DNA of 64,000 bases. Source: Pseudomonadota bacterium. GTDB lineage: Bacteria > Bdellovibrionota_C > UBA2361. Positions 47,808-57,711 of this stretch are shown here, in pieces; within the stretch, counting starts at the first letter, position 1, and every line of letters starts with the position of its first letter. The DNA is taken from assembly GCA_046047875.1 (NCBI GenBank), contig JBJOHD010000098.1, positions 219 through 64,218 of the forward strand, in the 5' to 3' direction. The translations under genes and the position numbers were made by a program. Under the pieces are notes generated by a model, which ran no database searches, had not been told where the DNA came from, and saw nothing but the letters and a program-made list of their open reading frames with translations.

Positions 47808-49072
47808 CGGGGCTCCGATCGAGAACGCTCCTCACACAATCGCTCCACATGAGCGCAGAGTATCCGAGGGTCGGCGCCTTTCGATACGAACGCAGCAACC
47901 CCCGCTTCGATAAGCTCTATCTCCACGTCAACGTCAGAGGCTGAGGTAAGCGCTACAAGCGGTACACCCCTGCCCGCTGAGGTGGCGCGAAGACGTCGAA
48001 TGAAATCGTATCCACTCATCCCCGGCATATGCACATCACAGATGATAAGGTCGAGCTCCGCGCCATCCTGAAGCGCTTGCCACGCTTCGTCGGCCGATGA
48101 GAACGGCTGCACCGAAAAGCGGTGGCGCTCAAGAAACCGGCGTAATACATCGCGGAAAGTCGGGTCATCGTCGATGACAAAGATCGAGCCCCGCGTCGTA
48201 TCGGGAGCTCGGTGCGGGAGCGGGGAGGAACCTTGCCGAGTCGGCGAAGCTCCCCCTAAGGAGCGCCGCGCCTCGGGCCACCCAAGGATGTAACGCTCGT
48301 CCCCACTCTCGCGCTCAATCGTCACGGCGCACGGAGAGCCGTCAGGAAGAACGAGAGCGACTCGCGGCTCCCGCACTACCTCCGCAATCCCCGGCCGCAG
48401 CATTCCGTGCAGGTACCCCCGAACCTCTGCGGTGCCCCCCTCAAACGGCGCATAGCTTAGATCCTCCCCACTGAGATCGAGCAGCAATCGGGTGCTCCCG
48501 CACCCCGAGACCTCATGCACGATGATACCAAGAACCGCCTCGGTGGTCTCGCGAAGACGCCCGAGTGAATCACGCAGTGCAGCAGTCTTAATCTCAGCCA
48601 GCACCCGCTCAGATTCGTGCAGATGCCGTTTAATCTCAGACCACGGCGCTAGAGCGCGGGGGGTCGTGCCGAGTTTTTCTACTAGATGATCGACCCGGTC
48701 GATATCGGCGCACACAACGCAAACCACCGTACCCCGTTCGGTGATTACGGTCGCTCCGCTTGCATCGAGGAGAGCCGTGCTTACTCCGCTTGGAAGGCAG
48801 GTAAAATCAGCGGCGGGAATCCTCTCAAAATACGGAACACCCCGCTCTTTCGCCCACACCCGAACTATCTCGCTGGATGTCATACACCGAGCTTCGGCTA
48901 TCGCATCGATCAAAAGACGTCGATCCGGGGTGAGCCCGATGATCCGCTGCAGATCCTCGATCGATACGTAGCGACCGAGGAGCTCGCTCAGCCCTAAACT
49001 CCCCCGCTGAGATCCCCCTCGCCACGGATAAAGGCGCCTTAGCCACGTGCTGATCACGGCCACGCCGCTCAT
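47795..49072 (-). CDS. Response regulator with an N-terminal GspE-N/MshEN-like domain and a C-terminal receiver
   Basis: C-terminal REC (IFVIDDDPTFRDVL...DLIICDVHMPGMSGYDFIRRL). The N-terminal SLGLSELLGRYVSIEDLQRIIGL resembles the T2SS-E N-terminal (MshEN-type) fold. Its stop overlaps the hybrid HK start. Confidence 0.55.
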   Translation of the reverse strand: MSGVAVISTWLRRLYPWRGGSQRGSLGLSELLGRYVSIEDLQRIIGLTPDRRLLIDAIAEARCMTSSEIVRVWAKERGVPYFERIPAADFTCLPSGVSTALLDASGATVITERGTVVCVVCADIDRVDHLVEKLGTTPRALAPWSEIKRHLHESERVLAEIKTAALRDSLGRLRETTEAVLGIIVHEVSGCGSTRLLLDLSGEDLSYAPFEGGTAEVRGYLHGMLRPGIAEVVREPRVALVLPDGSPCAVTIERESGDERYILGWPEARRSLGGASPTRQGSSPLPHRAPDTTRGSIFVIDDDPTFRDVLRRFLERHRFSVQPFSSADEAWQALQDGAELDLIICDVHMPGMSGYDFIRRLRATSAGRGVPLVALTSASDVDVEIELIEAGVAAFVSKGADPRILCAHVERLCEERSRSEPRCSE

Positions 49073-49761
49073 AAAAACACCTCCGTTCGAACCGCCACAG
49101 CATGAGCGGCGGAGACGAAATGAGGCAGCCCGATCTGTGCGAGCACCTCCTTCAAAAATCCATCGTCGATCGTTTTAAATAGCCGCACCCCGAGCACAGC
49201 GGCAGATCGAAGGTACCGACCATCACCTCCAGGGGATTCCCGAGCAAGAAGCCCCTGAACCTCGTCCCTCGATCTCAGCTCTGCAAGCTCTCTGGCCATC
49301 GCGTGAATATCGATGCGCTCGAGCTCCCCGTTCGGAACTACCATTGAGATAGCGCTGCGATCGATGAAATGAATGTCGTGAAGCCGCGGCTCGCCGGTGA
49401 CCTCATCGACACCGATAATCCCGAGCGTTGCATCGATGCGGTATTCGATCGAGTTGAGGGGAGAGCCCTCTCGGTAGAGATCAACGGCCACGCTGCCGAT
49501 TAACTCTTCAAGCGCTGTATCGATCTCATCGTAGCGGACCACGACCTCGGCTTCGCCCATCGCACCCGAGCGAAGGGTGAACGGCATTACGCGCTCTTCG
49601 TTCAGCGATTTAACGACGATGCGCTCAAGCTCTGCAGAGGCTTCAAGGAATTTAACGACGGCCAACGCTGTGATGATGAATGGAATAGCAACCACCCCAA
49701 GAATAGCCATCTCCAAAAGGGCGATACCCCGGCTTCTCTGCAGCTTGCGGCGTTCTCTCAT
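49069..49761 (-). CDS. TadE/TadG-like pseudopilin/pilus assembly protein
   Basis: N-terminal RGIALLEMAILGVVAIPFIITALAVVKF matches the TadE-like motif. Confidence 0.55.
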   Translation of the reverse strand: MRERRKLQRSRGIALLEMAILGVVAIPFIITALAVVKFLEASAELERIVVKSLNEERVMPFTLRSGAMGEAEVVVRYDEIDTALEELIGSVAVDLYREGSPLNSIEYRIDATLGIIGVDEVTGEPRLHDIHFIDRSAISMVVPNGELERIDIHAMARELAELRSRDEVQGLLARESPGGDGRYLRSAAVLGVRLFKTIDDGFLKEVLAQIGLPHFVSAAHAVAVRTEVFL

Positions 49762-51920
49762 CGGGCGATACCTCCACCGCTTCGGTCGAGTAGGATCATC
49801 GGGAGAACCGAATCGAGTACACCCGCCCCCTCCGACGCGAAAATCGGAGTAATCTGAAACGCCGCCTCAGCGGTATCGACTCGATAACTCCCGAGGAGCT
49901 CGGTAAGGAGCATACGCTCGTCAGGCTCTACCGTCGTATCAAGCCCCGGAAGTATGACGAGATAGATCGCTATCCGCGCCCGACGATCGATGAGAAGCTC
50001 CCGATAGAGAGATAGAACGGCATGGAGCTTCTCCTGGACGGGGGGGCTCGGAAATCGTTCACCCTGACTCCACGGGAGGTCTCCTGAAAATATTATTCCG
50101 AGCCGCCGCGCATGCGGGGCGAAACCACCCCGTTCGCCCACATCCGGCGCTCCAAGCAAGGTGGTAAATATCCCCTCGATAACAGCACCGATCTCCCCTA
50201 TCCCGGAGGTTATCGGAGTTTGTGCTCGTACCGGACTCATCCAGACCGCTCGGCCAACCGAGGGGGACGGCTCCCCTGTGCCGCTCATCGAGCCCGCGAA
50301 GCGATTCACCGGGAATCGGTAATGGGAATACCATTCCTCTTCGAGCGCCGCGTCCGCGCAATCGGCAGCAGTAATCATCTCATCGACGTACCGCGGCTCA
50401 ACGACGCGCACCAGCTCGCTCCCCCCAAACGATCGCACAAGCTCGAACTCGACCCCGTCGCCGGGAAAGATCCCTACGCCTATCCGGCTATCGCCGAAAG
50501 CGCTGAGGTAGTTATGGGCGCGGATCGCCCCGAGCTTGAGCGCCGAGACTATCGGATTAAAACACCGTGCCGTTAGCCTCCGGGGATCCCGAGGGGGGGT
50601 ATACCGGCCACTCAGCTCATCGAAGTACCGGGCCGCACCCCACTCCCCGATATCCCCCCAATCGCTCCCCCCAGAGGAAGCTGGTGCAAGGTAGCGGCTT
50701 AGATCGAGGGCGATTACCCCATCCACCGGACGGGATCTCGCTCGGGCGTAGAGGGTATACGATACATCTCCTGCCACACCGAGAAGTCGCGGGAAGAAGA
50801 GGGTGTTTACACCACGATACATTACCTCGACTGAGTTTCCGGTGGCTTCTACTTCCGCCCCAGACGCAAGGTCGAATCGCTCAAGGTATCGAAGGGTCTG
50901 CTCTCTTGCCTCCTCGGCGCGAGGTAGGTCGCGGACCCCCAAGAGCACGGCATCATCGAGCCGCTGCTGGCGCACCGCGTTGTCGAAAGTTGCCGCTCTT
51001 AGATCCAGTGCAAGGGTTGCTAGAAGGAAGCAGACCGGGAGAATGATAAAAGCGAGGAATAGCGTCAACACGCCACGGTCATCGACGAGTGGAGGAGCCT
51101 TGCTGCTCGAGACCGCACCCTTCGTCATCGAACTCACTTGTAGGAGGGGAACGGTAATAAAGCAGATGACGAGCCCGGTGAAAGTACAAATGAGCGGTGC
51201 TGTGGCTTTAACCGGAAGCTTTGCGATCTCCTCTTCGACGCTCTCTTGAAAGAAAAGCTGGGTTGAATTTCCCAATTCACGGAGTGGCTTAATAAGCTCC
51301 CCTCCCTCGCGGTGAGCGAGCGCGAGGTGAAGAAAGGCGTGACGAATCGAAATCACCTTACTCTCGGCCGCAACCTCCCGTAGGGTATCCTCAAGACCGC
51401 CTCCCCGGTCAACCCGATCAAGAACCTGCCGAAGAAGCTCCGTAACTGAATCCTCGGTGGCTGCTCCATGAACAGCTGCAGGGGTCTCGACGACCCGCCG
51501 GATAGCTCCGAGAACATCGGCGCCCGCTTCGACCGCCATCACGATCCCCTCCATAACGAGGGGGAGATGAAAATTGCATCTCCGTTCAACGGCTTCGAGG
51601 AGACGACGCCGACGTCCCTCATTCCAAAGATAGGCGCTCCCCAAACCGACCGCGAGAAACGAGAAAAGGGGAAGCATCGACAACCCACCGATCGTTCCAT
51701 ACAGCAGAGCACCCAGTATAATAAAAACAACTCCGCCGATAACGGGTCGCTCGAACCGCCTCCCCCTGCTCGGCGCACGCGAGCTCCCCACACCCATTTC
51801 CTGCATCTCCGTGAGGTCGTCTGCAACATCGCGAGGTGAGCGCGCGGTACCGCGCACCAAATGGTAGGCGCTTCCAAGAACGAGCGCGACACACACCAGG
51901 ATCTCCGTCTGGAACGTCAT
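49758..51920 (-). CDS. TadC-like (T2SS-F family) membrane protein fused to a ~400 aa C-terminal extension (possibly degenerate vWA/TadG-like)
   Basis: The N-terminal ~300 aa has the GspF-type TM organisation expected after tadB. The C-terminal extension contains a vWA-like motif VDGVIALDLSRY. 720 aa in total. Confidence 0.5.
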   Translation of the reverse strand: MTFQTEILVCVALVLGSAYHLVRGTARSPRDVADDLTEMQEMGVGSSRAPSRGRRFERPVIGGVVFIILGALLYGTIGGLSMLPLFSFLAVGLGSAYLWNEGRRRRLLEAVERRCNFHLPLVMEGIVMAVEAGADVLGAIRRVVETPAAVHGAATEDSVTELLRQVLDRVDRGGGLEDTLREVAAESKVISIRHAFLHLALAHREGGELIKPLRELGNSTQLFFQESVEEEIAKLPVKATAPLICTFTGLVICFITVPLLQVSSMTKGAVSSSKAPPLVDDRGVLTLFLAFIILPVCFLLATLALDLRAATFDNAVRQQRLDDAVLLGVRDLPRAEEAREQTLRYLERFDLASGAEVEATGNSVEVMYRGVNTLFFPRLLGVAGDVSYTLYARARSRPVDGVIALDLSRYLAPASSGGSDWGDIGEWGAARYFDELSGRYTPPRDPRRLTARCFNPIVSALKLGAIRAHNYLSAFGDSRIGVGIFPGDGVEFELVRSFGGSELVRVVEPRYVDEMITAADCADAALEEEWYSHYRFPVNRFAGSMSGTGEPSPSVGRAVWMSPVRAQTPITSGIGEIGAVIEGIFTTLLGAPDVGERGGFAPHARRLGIIFSGDLPWSQGERFPSPPVQEKLHAVLSLYRELLIDRRARIAIYLVILPGLDTTVEPDERMLLTELLGSYRVDTAEAAFQITPIFASEGAGVLDSVLPMILLDRSGGGIAR

Positions 51921-51923
51921 CTT

Positions 51924-52712
51924 CTAAATCCGCGCACGTACGAGATAGGCCATCCATCCCAGGCCTACCACCATAAGGGCACCGCCAGCGCTCAGCGCTG
52001 CAACACCACGGGGATCTCCCAGGGCCACACCGACTCCGTGGGGATTGGATAACCACTGAAAAACACCGATACAGACCGCACACCCCGCGATTCCGATCGC
52101 GGAGAGACGCTGCATCGCGACCGCCCCCCGAATCTTTCGCCGAAACGATTGACGTTGGCGGGTTACTCGCGCGAGGCGATGCAGGCACTCGCCGAGCGAG
52201 CCACCCTCCCGGCGGGCTATGAGGTAGGCGTTTTGAAGCAGGCGAACATCGGGGTGCCCGCTCGATCTTCCGAAAAGCCGGATAGCGGCCTCTTCCTCAA
52301 CTCCTGATTCGATCGCCCGAGTAAACACCTCAAGTTCCCGGCGCAAAAGTGAACCCTCTGGGAAAAGGGTTGCGGCTGAGGTCAGCGCGACCAGCGGATC
52401 GAGCCCCGCGCGCACCGAGGAGGCGAGCGCCACCAGCAGCGTCGGATAGTCCCGCTCGAACCCTTCGATTCGTTCGAAGCGTTGCCGACTGCGGCGGAGC
52501 ACCGCTCCGACTCCACCGATCGCGCAGACACCCAGTGCGATGAGGCCCCCGAGCCATATAAAAGCGACGAGCAGCACCAGGAATAAAAGAGCCCGCACGC
52601 CCATCGGTGCGGTGGGGAGTTCGGAGTGCGAGGGGAGCTCCTCTTCGGGCTGGTCTGTTCCCCAAGCGAGGAATCGGGCCCGTCGCAGGTCCCGTGTTCG
52701 TAACCCGATCAC
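51924..52712 (-). CDS. tadB: Flp pilus assembly protein TadB-like (type II secretion system F family)
   Basis: 262 aa with an N-terminal TM pair plus a C-terminal TM, positioned directly after cpaF. Confidence 0.6.
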   Translation of the reverse strand: MIGLRTRDLRRARFLAWGTDQPEEELPSHSELPTAPMGVRALLFLVLLVAFIWLGGLIALGVCAIGGVGAVLRRSRQRFERIEGFERDYPTLLVALASSVRAGLDPLVALTSAATLFPEGSLLRRELEVFTRAIESGVEEEAAIRLFGRSSGHPDVRLLQNAYLIARREGGSLGECLHRLARVTRQRQSFRRKIRGAVAMQRLSAIGIAGCAVCIGVFQWLSNPHGVGVALGDPRGVAALSAGGALMVVGLGWMAYLVRARI

Positions 52713-54058
52713 GCAGCCTCCGATCGATCGATGCGCAAAAATGTGGGGAGGGCGCTCAGTACTACCCCATCTGTCGCCCCCTCGAGAAGCTCCCGATGGG
52801 CGCTCAGCCGGGAATGCACCCGCCAGATCGGCTCACCGTTGTCGAACTCGTATCTGAAGATCTCGCGCTGCCGAACAACACCATCCGCCACCGGTCCGAT
52901 CTCACGGATATCCTTGATACGTCGTTCGCCCGTATCACGGCAGACATCGACGAATGCTATTATCTGGACCGCGGTAACAATCTGCTCCGTTAGCACACCC
53001 CGCTGGGCCCCCCGCTGCGCCCGCGCAAGAAAGAGCTCAAGTCGAGAGATCGCTTCGAGCGCACTGCGTGCGTGGAGAGTTGAAAGCCCCGGATGGCCGG
53101 AAGCACAAACATCGACAAAAGCCTCTGCAGCTTCAGCATCTCGGATCTCTCCGAAGATGATCCGATTCATCGCCATACGCATCCCTGCGCGAATACATTC
53201 ACTTGGTGTGATACGCCCCGCCCCCTCCGCGTTTGCCTCACGGGTCGACACATACCGAACGTGAGGATGCTCGAGCCTGATCTCCGGGGTATCTTCGATA
53301 ACCAAAATCGACTCATCGACCGGAACACTCGCAGCGAGAGCTCGGGTGAGGGTCGTTTTCCCGGTTCCGACCTCCCCCACGATGAGCACGGTTCGCCCCC
53401 TCCGAACTAAAATCCGCAGGTAATCGAATACCGTTCGGGGGGCGAAGCCGCGGCGCTCAAGATCTCTGAGTTTGACCGAAGCGAATCGGTTCAGCCGAAT
53501 AGTCAGATACGGCCCCGATTCACACAGCGAGCGATGCACCGCATGAATTCGGGCAAAATCGTCGATCATCCCATCCGCGATCGGTTTTTTGGTGGAGTAG
53601 CTCGACCCTGCGCGATGAAGCAGCCGCTCAACAAAAGCCTCGTATGCCTGGGCAGACGTGAAGCGCAGATCGGTGCCGACCGTTGAGCGCCCTTGTTGGA
53701 CAGCGATCCGAGTAAAGTTGGTGACGATGATATCGGAGACACTCGGGTCATCGACAAGCGGCTGGAGTACACCAAACGGTCTCCGTTCCCGCTCGAGGTG
53801 AGCCTTGATCTCAACTAACTCAAACGGAGATAGTTCGAAGCCGAGCGCGCATGCGGCTTCTCGGATAATCCGATCAAGCTCCCGCTCCGGTAGTGCTTCG
53901 CCCCCCGCCTCATTGCTCCCCAGGGATCGGCGAACGCGCTCGAGGATATGAACGATAGTCGGTGTAGGATGCGCTCCGTAGCGGGGAGAGGACCCTGACA
54001 CAACGCAGGGGATGGTATCAACCCCGTCCTCTATCGGCACCCGGACTGGCTGCTGCAT
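52709..54058 (-). CDS. cpaF: CpaF/TadA pilus assembly ATPase (VirB11/GspE superfamily)
   Basis: Walker A VGEVGTGKTTLTRALA; Asp box; Walker B LIVIEDTPEI; His box. The start is trimmed to the Met at 54058 to avoid a 118 nt overlap with cpaB. Confidence 0.85.
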   Translation of the reverse strand: MQQPVRVPIEDGVDTIPCVVSGSSPRYGAHPTPTIVHILERVRRSLGSNEAGGEALPERELDRIIREAACALGFELSPFELVEIKAHLERERRPFGVLQPLVDDPSVSDIIVTNFTRIAVQQGRSTVGTDLRFTSAQAYEAFVERLLHRAGSSYSTKKPIADGMIDDFARIHAVHRSLCESGPYLTIRLNRFASVKLRDLERRGFAPRTVFDYLRILVRRGRTVLIVGEVGTGKTTLTRALAASVPVDESILVIEDTPEIRLEHPHVRYVSTREANAEGAGRITPSECIRAGMRMAMNRIIFGEIRDAEAAEAFVDVCASGHPGLSTLHARSALEAISRLELFLARAQRGAQRGVLTEQIVTAVQIIAFVDVCRDTGERRIKDIREIGPVADGVVRQREIFRYEFDNGEPIWRVHSRLSAHRELLEGATDGVVLSALPTFLRIDRSEAA

Positions 54059-54059
54059 C

Positions 54060-54968
54060 TTAGCCCCCTCCCCCACGAGCTCTCTCCGAGGAGGAGCCGA
54101 CCGCAAAGCCCTCGGGGATCGTTTCCGCACGAACCCATCTCCCGTTCGCGAGGGCGTAGGCTTTCTGCCCCGCGCCACCCCTACTCAGCGCATAGCCGGA
54201 GATCGACGCCCGCTCCTCAGCGATCACCGCTCCCCCTTTCAATTGCTCGGCGGTAAAGATCGGATCTCCCCAAACATCTTCATCGCTCCCGCTCCGGAGG
54301 GCGAATGCGATCCGGCCCCGAGGTATCGCCGTATTTATAGCGAGGCACTGCTCTTGAGAGACCAGCAGCGTGACGGTGCTCGGAACCAACGGGGTCCCGC
54401 CGCTATCCACCGGAGATACAGAGCGCTCTGCGGAGAGCACCCTCACCTTCTCCGCAACGACCGTCGTGCGATCTTTCTCAACCAAGAGTACATCAACTAC
54501 AGTCCCAGATCCTGCCCATCCCTCAACCGCCGCCGTCGCATCGACCTTTAGGGTCATCGCCCGCATCCCCTGTGGTATCCGCTCCGTAACCGGATTTCCC
54601 CGCGCGGTAAGGGAGATGTTCTGACGAAAGAGGGGCAGGTTCGCGGGAAGGGGGGCAACGGTTACCCCCTCAAGCACCGGTGCAATGTCGGTCAGAGCCC
54701 CCTCCGGGATCTGGTGCCGTGGATAACTCACTTTTTTAAAGCGTATCGCACTGACTCGGGTACCGCTCGCTACCGGAGCAGCCGGCACGGGGAGAAGTAC
54801 TGTATCATGGGCTGCGACGATAGCCGGCGGCCGTTCGGTAACGGTGTTGACTTTCCCACCCCGCACGATCACCGCTGCGGTAACGATAGCCGCGGCGAGA
54901 AGCGACAGACCGATGAGGTTATGTCGCCCCCGCCGAGGATGGGGACGCTCAGCAGACCGAACAGCCAT
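54060..54968 (-). CDS. cpaB: Flp pilus assembly protein CpaB (SAF domain)
   Basis: N-terminal TM anchor; a QIPEGALTDI-type SAF region; position between flp and cpaF. Confidence 0.55.
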   Translation of the reverse strand: MAVRSAERPHPRRGRHNLIGLSLLAAAIVTAAVIVRGGKVNTVTERPPAIVAAHDTVLLPVPAAPVASGTRVSAIRFKKVSYPRHQIPEGALTDIAPVLEGVTVAPLPANLPLFRQNISLTARGNPVTERIPQGMRAMTLKVDATAAVEGWAGSGTVVDVLLVEKDRTTVVAEKVRVLSAERSVSPVDSGGTPLVPSTVTLLVSQEQCLAINTAIPRGRIAFALRSGSDEDVWGDPIFTAEQLKGGAVIAEERASISGYALSRGGAGQKAYALANGRWVRAETIPEGFAVGSSSERARGGGG

Positions 54969-54979
54969 ACACCACCCCG

Positions 54980-55180
54980 CTACTGCGCCAACTCGGAGCC
55001 CCTCGCCTGCGCCCAGGAACCGAGATTCCCCAAAAAGCCTGCCATATCGTTTCCGAAACTGGTGAGCGCGGTAAAAACAATTCCCCCGATAATCGCTGCT
55101 CCCGCCACATATTCGAGGAGCGTGTACCCCCGCTCCTCCCGACGCACGATCCGCACTGCGTATGTTAGCCCTTTTTTCAT
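54980..55180 (-). CDS. flp: Flp/Fap family type IVb pilin
   Basis: 66 aa; LLEYVAGAAIIGGIVFTALT includes the Flp motif (G/XXXXEY) and a hydrophobic helix. Confidence 0.7.
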   Translation of the reverse strand: MKKGLTYAVRIVRREERGYTLLEYVAGAAIIGGIVFTALTSFGNDMAGFLGNLGSWAQARGSELAQ

Positions 55181-56587
55181 TTAACTCTCCGTTACAGTTG
55201 CTAGACGTTTATCCAAACCGGATACCAAGGAGCGGGGATCGATCCCCGTCACCCCCTCGAAAAGCGGGATCTCGAGAGGTGTTTCTCGGTGCGACGCGGG
55301 GAGATTCAGCGTATCGTCGCCGTATGGTGCCGTGGGAGACAGGAGCGGCTCTCTTCGCACCAGCCGTCGCATGCCCCGCTTTAAAAGCGCGCCGAACCCC
55401 TGGCGAGCTGCTGTCGCGGGCGGCGAGGAGGGCTCTACCTCCCCCCACACCCGATCAAGTGCCCGACGAATCTTCCGCCCGCCGCACCGATACAGGGTCT
55501 CACCCGAGCCAGGCCAGAGAGCTCCACGCTTCGAGTGCGGAACACAGACACTTACCGCTTCCTTACTGCCCAGCGCCGCCGCCCGTCCGATCTCCCCCCG
55601 CACGAATCGACCCGCGAGCCCCCCACACGGCGACTGATTCTCTACGATAACTATCCGCGACTGAGCACCGAGGTATCCGCGCACCCGTCTTGCCCATTCG
55701 ACCGAGGGGTAAAGCGCCGCAGGATCGGAGGAGGCAACGAGAATCGCGACATCAGCGGAACGATGGAATACCTCGAGAAATGCACCGCGGGCGCTTCCGA
55801 GATCAACAACAGTGACATCGAACATCTGGTCGAGGATTTCGAGGAGCGTCATAAGAGTGCGTGAACGATCTATCCCCCCAGACCCCACCGAACGTAAACC
55901 GAGACACGGCGGCATCACTTTGAAGGCACCCCCACTCTCGTCGATAGACACGCAGCACTGCTCAACGAACTCAGCAGTGAGGGGGGTCTTCTCCTCAAAA
56001 ATCGACTCAAGCATCTCATTCACAAATGGACGAGCTCGAAGAAATCGTGCCGCGTCCTGGGTCTCAATATCGAAGTCGACTAACACCACCCGCTTCGCGG
56101 CACAGCCAGCGATATCCGCAACCGCTGCCGCTATCGAGGTGACCCCCACACCCCCTTTTCCTGCCCCGACAACAACGAGCTTGCCCCGACTCCCGCTCGC
56201 GCGTTTTCGCCCGAGGAGCACGATCTTCTGCAGGAGCTGTGCGGCGCTCCACCCCGGCGGCAGAACGTCATCAACCCCTGACCGGGCGAGGTGCTCGATA
56301 AGATGGAGGCTCGGATTCGGGGAACGAAGTTGGGCGATTAATATACCGGTCGGAATAAGGCGACGGAGCTCGGCGCATTCGCCGGTGGTATCCTCAGCGA
56401 GTTCCGGACCAACGACACAGATATCGGGAGGCGTGTGAAATCTTACCTCCTGCGGGGACCGTGGAACGATACTGAATCGGGGTATAAACGCGAGATCGGT
56501 CGTTGCAGCGCCTATAGTCTGCTGAAAAGCGTCCACCAACCGATGGCGCGACTCTGCTGAATGATCGACGACGACAAGCTTCAACAT
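55181..56587 (-). CDS. cpaE: CpaE/TadZ pilus-localisation ATPase (MinD/ParA family) with an N-terminal receiver-like domain
   Basis: Deviant Walker A VVGAGKGGVGVTSIAAAVA; an N-terminal ~120 aa REC-like region; first gene of the tad operon. Confidence 0.7.
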   Translation of the reverse strand: MLKLVVVDHSAESRHRLVDAFQQTIGAATTDLAFIPRFSIVPRSPQEVRFHTPPDICVVGPELAEDTTGECAELRRLIPTGILIAQLRSPNPSLHLIEHLARSGVDDVLPPGWSAAQLLQKIVLLGRKRASGSRGKLVVVGAGKGGVGVTSIAAAVADIAGCAAKRVVLVDFDIETQDAARFLRARPFVNEMLESIFEEKTPLTAEFVEQCCVSIDESGGAFKVMPPCLGLRSVGSGGIDRSRTLMTLLEILDQMFDVTVVDLGSARGAFLEVFHRSADVAILVASSDPAALYPSVEWARRVRGYLGAQSRIVIVENQSPCGGLAGRFVRGEIGRAAALGSKEAVSVCVPHSKRGALWPGSGETLYRCGGRKIRRALDRVWGEVEPSSPPATAARQGFGALLKRGMRRLVRREPLLSPTAPYGDDTLNLPASHRETPLEIPLFEGVTGIDPRSLVSGLDKRLATVTES

Positions 56588-56996
56588 CCGCAGTCACCTC
56601 GAAGAAACGATTCGCCCCGAAGAAACCACCTGACTTAGAAACCGCACCGACCCCAGAAAGGGGGATCGAGAACCGCTGCCTCAGCGCCGACGAGCGGCGA
56701 AGGACGAAAGCTAAAAACCGCACCCGATAATCGGAACTCTCAGCGAAGCGTTTCACACCTCGCTAAAAAAATGCGGTGTTGGCCTGAGCTACGAAGGCCC
56801 AGCTCCCCTTAACGGCGGGGGACTCTAGCAGTGAGTCCAAAAGGATTGAAAGAAAAATCGACCTGCTGTTTAGACTTTTACTATTAGCGACCGATACCGT
56901 CCGATCGCTATCGTTAATACGGAAGGATCGTGCTAGACCTATAACGGAGACCCTTGAGGAGGAACGGCACGATCCTCCTCAACGATAACCAAGCGT

Positions 56997-57704
56997 ATGC
57001 ACGGCTCGATCACCTTCTCCCGCACCCTCATACCCTGGGGCTTTACCGCCCGAATCGAGCTTCTTATCCCGACGCCGCGCGGGGGGCTCGGCGATCTCTA
57101 CACCGAGATCGTGCGCGAGCTTCTTCCGCCCGGGGCGCTCATCGGCGAAACGATCACTGATCGCAAGGGACGAGCTGCGAGCGTGGTTCTCGATCAAGCA
57201 ACACCCGCAAGCGCTCTCCCCCGAGGAGAGGAGATCCTCTTCGTCGCCGGACGTACCCCGACCCCTGACGAGGAACTCCCGGAGATCACCCCTGAGAATC
57301 TGAGCGAGCCGTTTGACCTCTCAATTGTGAGCTCCTTTGAGCAATTTGTTGGCGATCACCACATCGCGCACCGCACCACGGTCGAGCGGCGGGGCGCGTT
57401 CGCAGAGATCCTCGATATCCCCGCGATCGGGCGTTTATGGCCCCTTGTGATCGACCGGCTCCGCTTCGGAATCGAGTACTTTCGGAGTCATCGAAGCGGG
57501 ATCTTCGGTTATACACCCACGGTCGAGCGTACCCTCCTCATCGATGCGGACGGGGCCGATATCCGGGTTGTCTTTGAACACGAACGGCTCACGGCACGAT
57601 CCCCCGAGCAGCTGCTTGCTGATGATGCGGTGCAGGCGCTGACCACCGTAATCGCTCGCGGGACTGGAGCGAACCTCGACGCCTTTATCCGCTCCGCTCG
57701 GTAG
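56997..57704 (+). CDS. Hypothetical protein
   Basis: 235 aa, no motif recognised. Confidence 0.4.
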   Translation: MHGSITFSRTLIPWGFTARIELLIPTPRGGLGDLYTEIVRELLPPGALIGETITDRKGRAASVVLDQATPASALPRGEEILFVAGRTPTPDEELPEITPENLSEPFDLSIVSSFEQFVGDHHIAHRTTVERRGAFAEILDIPAIGRLWPLVIDRLRFGIEYFRSHRSGIFGYTPTVERTLLIDADGADIRVVFEHERLTARSPEQLLADDAVQALTTVIARGTGANLDAFIRSAR

Positions 57705-57711
57705 ACCCGAC

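Noticed and set aside
52709-54178. 489 aa version of CpaF overlapping cpaB by 118 nt
   Set aside because: The N-terminal 40 residues are Arg/Pro-rich, lie antisense to nothing conserved, and are out of keeping with CpaF. An internal Met at 54058 gives an abutting, non-overlapping gene.
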